From Candidatus Adlerbacteria bacterium (GTDB taxonomy: Bacteria; Patescibacteriota; Minisyncoccia; Phycocordibacterales; SBAW01): a stretch of DNA of 64,000 nucleotides. Position 1 is the first letter of the stretch. Each line of letters begins with the position of its first letter. The notes below the pieces were generated by a model that had not been told where the DNA came from, searched no databases, and saw only the letters and a list, made by a program, of their open reading frames with translations. The DNA lies in NCBI GenBank assembly GCA_028286685.1, contig JAQBRA010000006.1, forward strand, positions 1,993-65,992, read 5' to 3'. The translations under genes and the position numbers were made by a program. This document shows, piece after piece, positions 44,051 to 53,233 of this stretch.

Positions 44051-46264
44051 CTACTTAGCCACTGCAACCGCCTCTTCGAATTTGACCGAGAGGAGCTTGG
44101 AGGCGCCGTCGGAGCCCATGGTTATGCCGTACAAAATGCCCGCGCGGGACATCGTCTCGCGGTTATGGGTGATGACAATAAGCTGCGAGCGCTTGGAGAG
44201 CGTCTCTATCATGTCGCCGTAGCGGCGCGAGTTGGCCTCGTCCAAGGCCGCCTCGGTCTCGTCGAGTATCAAAAACGGCGGCGGATTGACCTGGGACATC
44301 GCGAAAATAAGCGCGATAGAGGTCAGCGCGCGCTCGCCGCCTGAGAGCATGTGGATGCCCTTGAGTCGCTTGTGGGGCAAGGAAACCGTGAGGTCTATGC
44401 CCTGCTCGGTCTCTGAGTCCCCGTCCTGCGGCTCTTCCTCGCCAAACGGCTCTTCGGACGCGCCGCGGCGCGCCTTCTTTTCCCTGACTATCTGGAGCGA
44501 GGCTGCGCCGCCGCCGAACATGAGCTTGAAAAAGGCGTCGAACTCCTTGTTTATTTTTTCTATCCCCTCGCCAAAGCGCACTTCCAGAGTCTTGGTCAAT
44601 TCCTCTATCAAATGCATGAGGGAGACACGGCTTGCCTCCAGGTCTGCTAACTCGCGGCCCAAAAACGCGTCGCGCTCGGTAGTCTCCTGGTGCTCCCGCA
44701 GGACGTCCGAGGAGCTGCCCAAGCCGGACTCCTCAAGCTTGATCTTGAGCCGCTCGATGCGGCGGGCGCGTTCGGCCTGGCGTGCACGGTCTTCTTCGGC
44801 GGCCTCCGCGTTGGTTTCTTCCAGCGGATGCGACTCGTAGTCAGCAATCTCGCGGCCGACCAGTGCGGCAGCCTCGGCCAAGTTGCGCACCAGAGACTCG
44901 CGATCTCGATTCAAAAGCTCGGCGCGTGCGCGCAGCTGGCTGAGCCTGGATTCCAATTCGCTGCGGCGGGCCATAGCGGCAAACAGCTCGCGCTCGGCAT
45001 CGCGCGAGGCATCTTTTTCGCTCTCAATCGCCAGGCGCAGCGCGGCTATAGCAGAGACCGCCTGCAGTTCTGCAGCCTCGAGCCCGCGCAGCTCGGCTTC
45101 AAGAGAATCCTTTTTGCTTGCAAGCTCAGTAACGCTTTCACCCTTTCTTTCCGAACCTTGCGTTATGCGGCGCAAAAAATCGGCGGTCAGGATAATGAGA
45201 GCCTGGACGCGCTGCTGGAAATTGTTCGTATCGTTAAAAGGCAGCTCGAGCTCGCTGAGCACTTTCTCGCCGAACTGGCGGGCCTCGGCGACCGGGATAG
45301 TCCCCTCTTGGGGCACGTATGCCTCGTGCGCGGCTATGGAGCCCTCGATGCGGCCTAGTTCGCGCATTATCTCTTGGCGCCTATGGGCAGCCGTGCGGCC
45401 CTCCTGCTCGAGCCTTATTAATTCCTGCGTTTCGTGGTCACCACCACGTTTACGGCCGAGCTCTTCGCGCAAGTGGACAATGCGGGCGTCGAGCTCCTTA
45501 TGCTCCCCTTCCGGCGCCTCCTGCTCGCCGCCGAGCGTCGCCTCGGCAAACTTCAAGTAAACGCTCTCGCGCTTGAGGTATTCCAGATAGCGGTCTTTGA
45601 GCTCCTCGCGCAGACTTTGCGCCTCTTCAATCTTTTTAACTTGCGAGTTGAGGAATTTCAGGTGCGGGGCCAGCTCGCGGCGCAGGGCCTCGACCTCTTT
45701 CATATTGTCGGCGGACTTCTGGAGCTTCCGCTCCGCCTCCTCCCTCTTATACAAAAAAGCGGTAAGCCCGAGCGCGTCCTCTATCATCTCGCGGCGCTCG
45801 CGCACGCCGGCGGAGAGTATGCGGTCGGCCTCGCCCTGGGAAATGATATGGTGGCCGGAAGCGCCGATATTGGCGCCCGCCAAAAGCTCGGCAATGTCGC
45901 GCAGGCGCACCGAACTGCCGTTAAGCAGGTAGTCATTGCCGCCGTCGCGGTGCACGACGCGCTCGATAGACACCTCGTCAAAGTCGAGACTGAGCGACCG
46001 GTCGCGGTTATCAAACACGAGCTTGACGCTAGCTCTTCCGCCGCGCGGCACCTGCGCCGAGCCGTTCCAAATGAGGTCCTCGCCGCGCTTGCCGCGCATC
46101 GACTTCATCGACTGCTCGCCCAAGGCAAAGCGGAACGACTCGGCAATGTTCGATTTGCCCGAACCATTGGGGCCCACTACGGCCGTAATGGATGACTCAA
46201 AGGAAAGGGGCGTCTTCTTGGCGAAAGACTTAAAGCCTGAAAGCTCGACGGATTTCAGCCGCAT
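44051..46264 (-). CDS. smc: Short SMC-family chromosome segregation ATPase
   Basis: GFKSF, GPNGSGKSN, ISQG, LSGGE, ILDE.EAALD, ITH; only about 737 aa. Confidence 0.85.
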   Translation of the reverse strand: MRLKSVELSGFKSFAKKTPLSFESSITAVVGPNGSGKSNIAESFRFALGEQSMKSMRGKRGEDLIWNGSAQVPRGGRASVKLVFDNRDRSLSLDFDEVSIERVVHRDGGNDYLLNGSSVRLRDIAELLAGANIGASGHHIISQGEADRILSAGVRERREMIEDALGLTAFLYKREEAERKLQKSADNMKEVEALRRELAPHLKFLNSQVKKIEEAQSLREELKDRYLEYLKRESVYLKFAEATLGGEQEAPEGEHKELDARIVHLREELGRKRGGDHETQELIRLEQEGRTAAHRRQEIMRELGRIEGSIAAHEAYVPQEGTIPVAEARQFGEKVLSELELPFNDTNNFQQRVQALIILTADFLRRITQGSERKGESVTELASKKDSLEAELRGLEAAELQAVSAIAALRLAIESEKDASRDAERELFAAMARRSELESRLSQLRARAELLNRDRESLVRNLAEAAALVGREIADYESHPLEETNAEAAEEDRARQAERARRIERLKIKLEESGLGSSSDVLREHQETTERDAFLGRELADLEASRVSLMHLIEELTKTLEVRFGEGIEKINKEFDAFFKLMFGGGAASLQIVREKKARRGASEEPFGEEEPQDGDSETEQGIDLTVSLPHKRLKGIHMLSGGERALTSIALIFAMSQVNPPPFLILDETEAALDEANSRRYGDMIETLSKRSQLIVITHNRETMSRAGILYGITMGSDGASKLLSVKFEEAVAVAK

Positions 46265-46318
46265 TGGGCCCATTGTAGCAAGAAAACAGGCACCCATGGG
46301 ATGCCTGTTCCTGCCTTC

Positions 46319-46660
46319 TTACAAATTAATTCTTAAAGCCACTCGGGAGAGCATTCTCGTGAGAGCATCCAGATACTCTCCCATAAAAAATTTCTCTCCT
46401 TTGCCTTCTCCAAATTGGCGATCATAGACCCTTATCAGGGCTTGCACCGAAACGGCGCACTTCTCTATTGAGTCTACAATCAGTTCCCCCAGATCCGCTT
46501 TGCCGTAACGCGGATCGGAAAAAACCGCCCTTGCGACGCATGCGCTCGTGTCATCAACAAACAGGCGCACTATTCGGTGCTTATGGTTAAGACTGGTATC
46601 TTTGGGCGGCAAGTCAGTACCGCCCACAACCAGAGCCGCGAGAATGACGAGCGATTTCAT
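46319..46660 (-). CDS. Hypothetical exported protein
   Basis: AGGAGG SD; CVARAV..DPR..LGELIVDS..C..YDRQFGEGKGEKFFMGEYLD. Confidence 0.6.
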   Translation of the reverse strand: MKSLVILAALVVGGTDLPPKDTSLNHKHRIVRLFVDDTSACVARAVFSDPRYGKADLGELIVDSIEKCAVSVQALIRVYDRQFGEGKGEKFFMGEYLDALTRMLSRVALRINL

Positions 46661-46737
46661 CTCTCCCTCCTGTTAAAAACCCGGTCTATCGTAAGTAGAC
46701 CATGAGCAAAAGCGGCGCTACAGAAAAAAGTGGATAA

Positions 46738-47430
46738 CTACCACCCGCGGACATCGAGCGCGGCGCGCGCCGCCGCCTGCTCGGCATCCTGCTTGGACTT
46801 GCCCTCGCCCTCGGCAATGAGCTTGTCCTTGATGTGTACGCCTACGACAAAGTGCTTGTCGTGGTCCGGGCCCCACTCGCGCAATACCGCGTAGTTGGGC
46901 GTAATGCCCTCAAACTCCTGGGACTTCTCCTGCAGGGATGACTTGGCATCCAGCCAGAGCTTTTTTTCTATGATCTGGTCGATCTTGGGGAACAGGTGCG
47001 TATTTATAAACTCGCGGGCGGCGTCATAGCCCTGGTCGAGATACAGCGCCCCTACGAGCGCTTCGAAAGCGTTAGCCAGGAGTATGCCGCGGGCGCGGCC
47101 GGTATCTTTGGCTTCGCCGCGCGACAGTAGCAGATGGTCGTTCATTCCGATCTCTGTTGCAATCTCGGCGCAGGTCACGGCGTTAACGAGCGCGGCGCGG
47201 TAGGCGGTCAAGTCGCCCTCGGGCTGGGTTGGGAATTTTTCGTACAGAAAGCGCGTGGCGATAAGCTCGAGGACCGCATCGCCCAAAAATTCCAGGCGCT
47301 CGTTGTGGCCCTTAACTTCGCCGCGGTGCTCGTTTAAGTACGAGCGATGAGTAAAAGCCTGACGCAAGAGGTCGGCATCATTAAACTGGAATCCCAGTTT
47401 GGTTTGAAACGCATTAAAATCGGCTGCCAT
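46738..47430 (-). CDS. rnc: Ribonuclease III
   Basis: NERLEFLGDAVL; dsRBD GKSKQDAEQAAA. Confidence 0.95.
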   Translation of the reverse strand: MAADFNAFQTKLGFQFNDADLLRQAFTHRSYLNEHRGEVKGHNERLEFLGDAVLELIATRFLYEKFPTQPEGDLTAYRAALVNAVTCAEIATEIGMNDHLLLSRGEAKDTGRARGILLANAFEALVGALYLDQGYDAAREFINTHLFPKIDQIIEKKLWLDAKSSLQEKSQEFEGITPNYAVLREWGPDHDKHFVVGVHIKDKLIAEGEGKSKQDAEQAAARAALDVRGW

Positions 47431-47438
47431 GTCAGTAA

Positions 47439-48359
47439 CTAGTTAGTTTTTATCTTTGCCTTGCCTTTCGCATCAGCGCCCAAATGCTCGACGGCCTTCA
47501 TAACGACCGGGAGCATGTCTTCGTAAAAATTGAGATCCAGCGCATCCTGGAGCTTGAACCAGCGCGCGTCGTCGAGACCTCCCTTCTTGGCCAGTTCCAC
47601 CTCGCTAAAGGGCGACTTGGCCAGGAAGTATATGACATGCTTGCGCTTCTTGCCGGTTGCCGGATCGGAAGCGACGTACTCGTTCTCGCCGAGCCGCATC
47701 TCCGGCTCGATGTTGAGGCCTATCTCCTCCTTTATCTTGCGGACTACGCCGGCCTCCGGGGTTTCCTCCGGGGTCAGTTTGCCCTTAGACAGGGTCCAGT
47801 GGCCGAAAATATCGTGCACGAGAGCCAAGTAGAGCTCATTGCCGCTGCGGGCATAGACCACCGCGCCCACCAGGCGCTCCTGCGGCATCTCCTCCCACGG
47901 GACCTCCTTCTTCTTTTTGGAGATCTCGTCCTTGCCGGGCTCGCCCAGCTCCTTGTATACGGCGCCCAAGACGCCGTTAACGAAGCGGCCCGAGTTTTCC
48001 CCGCCGAAGTGCTTGGCAAGCTCGATAGCCTCGTTAATGGCTACTTTTGCCGGGACTTTTTCCCTGTCGGCAAACAAAAGCTCATAGAGCCCGAGCCGCA
48101 GAACATTGCGGTCTACCGGAGCGATACGCTCCAGAGGCCACTCAGGAGCAGCCTTGCCGATAACCAAATCGAGGTCCGCGCAGCGGGCCAGCGTGCCCCG
48201 CAAAAGCTCCTCCATAAAGGGATGGTCGCCGCCCTGGGGCGTAAACTCAGTCGCATTGCGCACCAGGGTCTCCAGGCACGCCTCTTGAGACAAGTGGCGG
48301 AAGTCCCACTCAAAGAGGGTCTGCAGTACTACCGATCTGGAAAGGTGCCTGTTGGCCAT
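47439..48359 (-). CDS. nusB: NusB fused to a C-terminal Nudix domain
   Basis: VDRNVLRLG, VAINEAIELAK, FVNGVLG, then WTLSKG and a Nudix-like box. Confidence 0.9.
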   Translation of the reverse strand: MANRHLSRSVVLQTLFEWDFRHLSQEACLETLVRNATEFTPQGGDHPFMEELLRGTLARCADLDLVIGKAAPEWPLERIAPVDRNVLRLGLYELLFADREKVPAKVAINEAIELAKHFGGENSGRFVNGVLGAVYKELGEPGKDEISKKKKEVPWEEMPQERLVGAVVYARSGNELYLALVHDIFGHWTLSKGKLTPEETPEAGVVRKIKEEIGLNIEPEMRLGENEYVASDPATGKKRKHVIYFLAKSPFSEVELAKKGGLDDARWFKLQDALDLNFYEDMLPVVMKAVEHLGADAKGKAKIKTN

Positions 48360-48439
48360 TATGTGTAGAGCAATCGGGTGAACAGAACGGAACGAAACAG
48401 ATTCAAGAGCCAGGAGCTGAAGGCCCAACCGGGGCCGGA

Positions 48440-48670
48440 TTACTTCTGCACCTCGCTCTTATCCCTCTTAGCGCGGCGGGCCGACTTGGCAGCCATCTTG
48501 GCCGCTACATCGACAACGATGCGTCCACGGTAGCGCCCGCAAGCCGCGCAAGCGCGGTGAGATACGCGCGGGGCCCCGCACTCGCAAATAGCGAGCTTTT
48601 GGGCCTTAAGCGCATGATGCGAACGGCGGTTAGCCGTGTGCGCATGCGTATGTCTCATTCGGACTACCAT
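48440..48670 (-). CDS. rpmF: 50S ribosomal protein L32
   Basis: RRSHHAL, CECG...HRACAACGRYRGR. Confidence 0.9.
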   Translation of the reverse strand: MVVRMRHTHAHTANRRSHHALKAQKLAICECGAPRVSHRACAACGRYRGRIVVDVAAKMAAKSARRAKRDKSEVQK

Positions 48671-48790
48671 ATGGGGACTATAGCAAAATAGGGCTATTTT
48701 GGCAATCCGGGGCATGGGTATTACAAAAAAGGAAGACCGGCTTTAGTAAGCCGGTCTCTAACCCCTTCGTTTATATCCCCAATACGCAGC

Positions 48791-48991
48791 TCAGGCTGCT
48801 CTGAGCTTAGGGTAGTGTTCGCAATTACTTCCAATGGGAATTTCCACCCATTCTTTATTTTTTATCTCGCAGCAGATTCTGCCCTGAAACATGGCCCCTG
48901 CAAACGGGCATTTTGCCCGGACACAGAAGGGCTTTTTGAAAGCCAGAGTTTCATCTAGCCACCATTCTTCAGTTTTACCTTCGCCTGCCAA
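48791..48991 (-). CDS. Small Cys-rich hypothetical protein
   Basis: TTG start with GAGGG SD; 5 Cys; terminator at 48735-48757. Confidence 0.4.
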   Translation of the reverse strand: MAGEGKTEEWWLDETLAFKKPFCVRAKCPFAGAMFQGRICCEIKNKEWVEIPIGSNCEHYPKLRAA

Positions 48992-49060
48992 GACACCCTC
49001 TTTTTGCTTGAGCTATTGGACTTTTTTATGCCGCACCAAAACAAGAACAGCAGTTGAGTA

Positions 49061-49660
49061 TTATACCTTGCTTACGGTATAAGCGTCAATCTTACAAAAG
49101 GTCTTCCGGTGAAGCTCACAGAGGCCGAATTTCCCTATTGCCGCGCGATGTTTGGCCGTGCCGTAGCCCTTGTGGATAGCAAAGCCGTACTCCGGGTACT
49201 GCACGGCCAGAGTTCGCATGAGCCTATCGCGCCTAACCTTGGCCACTATCGAGGCCAGCGATATGACCGGCTCGAGCGCGTCCCCTTTTATGATTGTTTC
49301 CTGCTTATACTCGGGCGGCGCCACCAAGAGCCCGTCGAGCTTTACAAAAGAAGTCTCCGGGTCGGCCAAGTGGCGCACCCCGCTCCATACCCCGCGGCGT
49401 ACCGCCTTGGTTATGCCGCGCGTATCTATGTAGAGCGCCGAGGAAAGCCGCGCACAGAGCTTGATATCGCCCGCTTTTGCCCGGGCCAGCGCCTCTTTAT
49501 ATATCTCCTCGCGCTTTTCTTCGGTGAGCTGCTTGGAATCGTTAATGCCCGGGAAAGCCTTTCTGATATCAAAGCGCTTGGGCACGGCCACGACGCCGAC
49601 CGAAACCGGTCCGGCCAAAGGCCCACGCCCCGCCTCGTCTACGCCAACCAGCCACTGCAT
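49061..49660 (-). CDS. rnhB: Ribonuclease HII
   Basis: GVDEAGRGPLAGP, DSKQL, KGD, ASIVAKV.RD, HKGYGT. Confidence 0.95.
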   Translation of the reverse strand: MQWLVGVDEAGRGPLAGPVSVGVVAVPKRFDIRKAFPGINDSKQLTEEKREEIYKEALARAKAGDIKLCARLSSALYIDTRGITKAVRRGVWSGVRHLADPETSFVKLDGLLVAPPEYKQETIIKGDALEPVISLASIVAKVRRDRLMRTLAVQYPEYGFAIHKGYGTAKHRAAIGKFGLCELHRKTFCKIDAYTVSKV

Positions 49661-49715
49661 TAGGGCATTGTATCAGGGGTGGTTCAAGACCGGCACCCGA
49701 GAGTATACTCAGACT

Positions 49716-52670
49716 ATGTCCGCCCCGTTTGTCCCGTTGCGCGTCCACTCCCATTACTCGCTCCTTAAGGCGCTGCCGAAAATCCCCGACCTCGTTAAGA
49801 AAGCCAAGGCCGAAGGCTGTACTGCGCTTGCGCTTACCGACTTGGGTAACCTCTACGGCGCCATCGAATTTTACAAAGAGTGCCAGGGCGCCGGCATCAA
49901 GCCCATTATCGGGCTGGAATCGGTTATGGAAGGCGGCAAGCATATTCTGCTGTACGCCAAGAACCGCGCAGGCTACCAGAACCTGCTAAAGCTCGTTACC
50001 AAGTCGCACCTCAATTCCCCCGGCAACCCGATGCTCACGAGCGCCATGCTCGAAGAGCATGGCGAGGGCCTCATAACCATCGACCCCAAGGAAACCGATA
50101 TGCCGATGCGCGAAGTGTTTTATATCGAGCCGGACGACCGCCGCGCCTGGGAGACGCTGCGCGCGATTGAGAACCGCGGACCGGTCGAAACCGGCGACCT
50201 CGATGAGGACGAAGACGACTTCTCCTTCCCCACCGCGGCATACATGGAAGAGCGCTACGGCGCCCCGGCAATGCAAAAAACTACTGATCTGGCCGCTGAA
50301 TGCGAGCTCGATCTTAACCTCGGCAAATGGTTTTTCCCCGACATCGAAATACCCGAAGGCACGAACTACGACGAAGAGCTGCGCCGCCTGGTTGAAGAAG
50401 GGCTCAAGCGCCGTTTTATCCAGGAGACCCCTGAGGCGCGGACGCGCATCGAGTACGAGTACGAGATTATTACAAAAAAAGGTTACTCGCCGTACTTCCT
50501 GGTAGTGGCCGACCTGTTGGCGTTTGCCCGCGCAAACAAGATACTGACTACGATCCGCGGCTCGGTCGCCGGCTCGCTGACCACGTACGTCTTGGGCATT
50601 ACCAACGTAAACCCGTTGGCCTACAAGCTCCCCTTCGAGCGCTTTCTTAACCCGGAGCGCCCGTCGGCACCCGACATCGACATGGACTACGCCGACAACC
50701 GGCGCGACGAGGTTATTGAATATGCCCGCCGCAAGTACGGCGAGGACAAGGTGGCGCAGATCGGTACCTTCGGCACCATGCTCGCGCGCGGCGTCGTTCG
50801 CGACGTCGCGCGCGCACTCGGTTACCCGTACGGCCTGGGCGACGCTATCGCAAAAGAAATTCCCATGGGCTCGCAGGGCTTTGCCATGACGCTTGAGCGC
50901 GCCATGAACGAGAACCCGGAGCTCGCCAAGATGTACAAGAAAGACGCGCAGGTGCGCGAGATTATCGACCTCGGCCAAAAGATTGAAGGCTGTGCGCGCC
51001 ACGTGGGCGTCCATGCCGCGGGCGTCGTCATCTCGCCCACCCCGCTGACCGACTACACCCCGCTGCAGCTCGACCCGAAAGGCGGCAAGCTTATTAGCCA
51101 GTACGACATGTATTCGATCGATGAGAACAATGCCGGACTCCTCAAGTTCGACTTTCTCGGCATCCGCAACCTGGCCATACTCGCCCACTCGGTCGAGCTG
51201 GTGGAAAAGACCCGCGGCATCACTATTGATATTGAAAATGTTCCGGTAGACGACACTAAAACCTTTGAGATGCTTGCGCGCGGCGAAACGGAAGGCCTCT
51301 TCCAGCTCAACGGCTCGGGCATGACGCGCTTCCTTAAAGAGCTGAAGCCCTCGACCATCCACGACATCAATGCGATGGTGGCGCTATACCGCCCGGGCCC
51401 GATGGAAACGATCCCGCAGTACATCGAGCGCAAGCACAACCCGGCAATGGTTTCCTACGCCGACCCGCGTATGAAGGATTATCTGGAGTTCTCTCACGGC
51501 GTGCTGGTGTACCAAGACGACGTGCTTCTGACCGCTATTACCTTGGGCGGCTACAGCTGGCTTGAAGCGGACAAGCTGCGCAAGGCGATGGGCAAGAAAA
51601 TTCCCGAAGTTATGGCCGCCGAAAAAGAAAAGCTCATCAAGGGCTTTATCGAGTACGGCAAATTGCGGCCACAGCTCGCAGAAAAGCTCTGGAAACTGAT
51701 TGAGCCGTTTGCGGCATACGGATTTAACAAGGCGCACGCTGCCTCCTACGGCAAGGTGGCGTACCAAACCGCCTACATGAAGGCCAACTTCCCCGTGGAG
51801 TATATGAGCGCGGTTCTGACCGCTGAGGCCGGCGACATCGAAACCGTGTCGACCATGGTTGGCGAGTGCAAGCGCATGGGCCTGCCGGTTTTGGCACCCG
51901 ATGTTAACGAGAGCTTTGGCGACTTTACGGTGATACTTGCCGATAACGCAGAGGAAAAGGACGCGATCCGCTTCGGCCTTTACTCTATTAAGAACTTCGG
52001 CAGCGGGGTGGCAGATTCCATCATCGCCGAGCGCAAGACGGGAGGACCTTTCGTTACCCTTTCGGACTTCCTGACCCGGGTCAAAGACAACGGCCTTAAC
52101 AAGAAGGGCCTGGAGTCGCTTATTAAGTGCGGAGCGCTCGACTCGTTGGGCGAGCGCGGGCAGATGTTTGCCCACATAGAGAAGCTCCTGCAGTACCATC
52201 GCGATGCGGCAGCCGACCACCAACACGAATCATTGTTTGCGGGCGTGGCAGAAATGAGCCAGCTGACCCTGCCCAAAGCAGAGCCTGCCCGCATGGACGA
52301 CAAGCTTATCTGGGAGAAGGAATTGCTGGGCCTGTATGTCTCCGGGCACCCTCTGGATAAATTCAAAGAGAAGCTCGACAAGCGCCCGATGAACCTGGCC
52401 CAGATTAAGGAGCGCAGTTACCCGGGCACCACTACGGTTATTGCCGGCATGGTTGAGGACCTGCGCGTACTGCTTACCAAGAACGGCGACCAGATGGCCT
52501 TCCTCAAGCTCGCGGATTTTTCGGGCTCGGTCGAAGCGGTCGTGTTTCCGAAAAGCTTTGTCGAATACAAGGCCATTTTGCGCCCCGAAGCCTGCATCGC
52601 CATTAAGGGCCGGGTCTCCAACCGCAACGGCGAGTTTTCAATCGTGACCGAAGCGCTCAAGGCATTATAA
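49716..52670 (+). CDS. dnaE: DNA polymerase III alpha subunit
   Basis: HSHYSLL, PFERFLNPER..PDIDMD, GVHAAG, KFDFLG, YGFNKAH, OB fold. Confidence 0.95.
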   Translation: MSAPFVPLRVHSHYSLLKALPKIPDLVKKAKAEGCTALALTDLGNLYGAIEFYKECQGAGIKPIIGLESVMEGGKHILLYAKNRAGYQNLLKLVTKSHLNSPGNPMLTSAMLEEHGEGLITIDPKETDMPMREVFYIEPDDRRAWETLRAIENRGPVETGDLDEDEDDFSFPTAAYMEERYGAPAMQKTTDLAAECELDLNLGKWFFPDIEIPEGTNYDEELRRLVEEGLKRRFIQETPEARTRIEYEYEIITKKGYSPYFLVVADLLAFARANKILTTIRGSVAGSLTTYVLGITNVNPLAYKLPFERFLNPERPSAPDIDMDYADNRRDEVIEYARRKYGEDKVAQIGTFGTMLARGVVRDVARALGYPYGLGDAIAKEIPMGSQGFAMTLERAMNENPELAKMYKKDAQVREIIDLGQKIEGCARHVGVHAAGVVISPTPLTDYTPLQLDPKGGKLISQYDMYSIDENNAGLLKFDFLGIRNLAILAHSVELVEKTRGITIDIENVPVDDTKTFEMLARGETEGLFQLNGSGMTRFLKELKPSTIHDINAMVALYRPGPMETIPQYIERKHNPAMVSYADPRMKDYLEFSHGVLVYQDDVLLTAITLGGYSWLEADKLRKAMGKKIPEVMAAEKEKLIKGFIEYGKLRPQLAEKLWKLIEPFAAYGFNKAHAASYGKVAYQTAYMKANFPVEYMSAVLTAEAGDIETVSTMVGECKRMGLPVLAPDVNESFGDFTVILADNAEEKDAIRFGLYSIKNFGSGVADSIIAERKTGGPFVTLSDFLTRVKDNGLNKKGLESLIKCGALDSLGERGQMFAHIEKLLQYHRDAAADHQHESLFAGVAEMSQLTLPKAEPARMDDKLIWEKELLGLYVSGHPLDKFKEKLDKRPMNLAQIKERSYPGTTTVIAGMVEDLRVLLTKNGDQMAFLKLADFSGSVEAVVFPKSFVEYKAILRPEACIAIKGRVSNRNGEFSIVTEALKAL

Positions 52671-52750
52671 ACACCATTGACTTGACTCTATTTGCATTGG
52701 GGGGTATAATTACTCTTAGCTGAACTTGTGTGTGGACCTGGGAGGATCGC

Positions 52751-52963
52751 ATGAATGACCGCCCTACCGCTGGCTCCCGCTTGTTGCTGGAGCCGCAGCC
52801 GCCGCTCTCGTCAACTTCCTCAAACGAAGCCCTGGCCTCGTCCAGCTCGCATTCAACTGAGTGCGTCGACACAGACCCGGCCGACCTCGGCAGCCTGGCC
52901 GAGAAGAACTTTAGCCGGCACCTGCAGACCGGCAAAGGCAAACACCGCGTTATTGCAGGATAA
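52751..52963 (+). CDS. Hypothetical low-complexity protein
   Basis: GGAGG SD, TATAAT upstream, terminator at 52968-53005. Confidence 0.35.
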   Translation: MNDRPTAGSRLLLEPQPPLSSTSSNEALASSSSHSTECVDTDPADLGSLAEKNFSRHLQTGKGKHRVIAG

Positions 52964-53009
52964 GCTCTCGCCGCCAACCTTCGGGAAGGCGGCGATTTCT
53001 TTTTCTCCG

Positions 53010-53214
53010 GTTGACCAAGAGGCGCAACAGCGCTACGATTGGAGCGTTGGAAGTTGCCTTGGCTACCACCCAGGGTCGTCCCGAGCCGCAAGGCCTAATC
53101 CGACGCAACAAAGTGCCCCGCCGGAATGGCGAGGGAAACTAGGTGGAACCGCGGTCCAAGATCGTCCTAGTGAGTGCACGAATGTCGTGCCTTCACTAGG
53201 GCGTTTTTTATTTT
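53010..53214 (+). promoter_or_regulatory. T-box riboswitch (Thr)
   Basis: AACTAGGTGGAACCGCG...CGTCCTAG antiterminator, alternative terminator CCTAGTGA..TCACTAGG plus T-run, ACC candidate specifier at about 53065-53070. Confidence 0.8.
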
Positions 53215-53233
53215 ACAAACCAATATCATTACC

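Noticed and set aside
46730-46738. DnaA-box-like sequences suggesting an origin (also 57742-57750)
   Set aside because: These are isolated, mismatched or intragenic matches with no cluster and no dnaA nearby.
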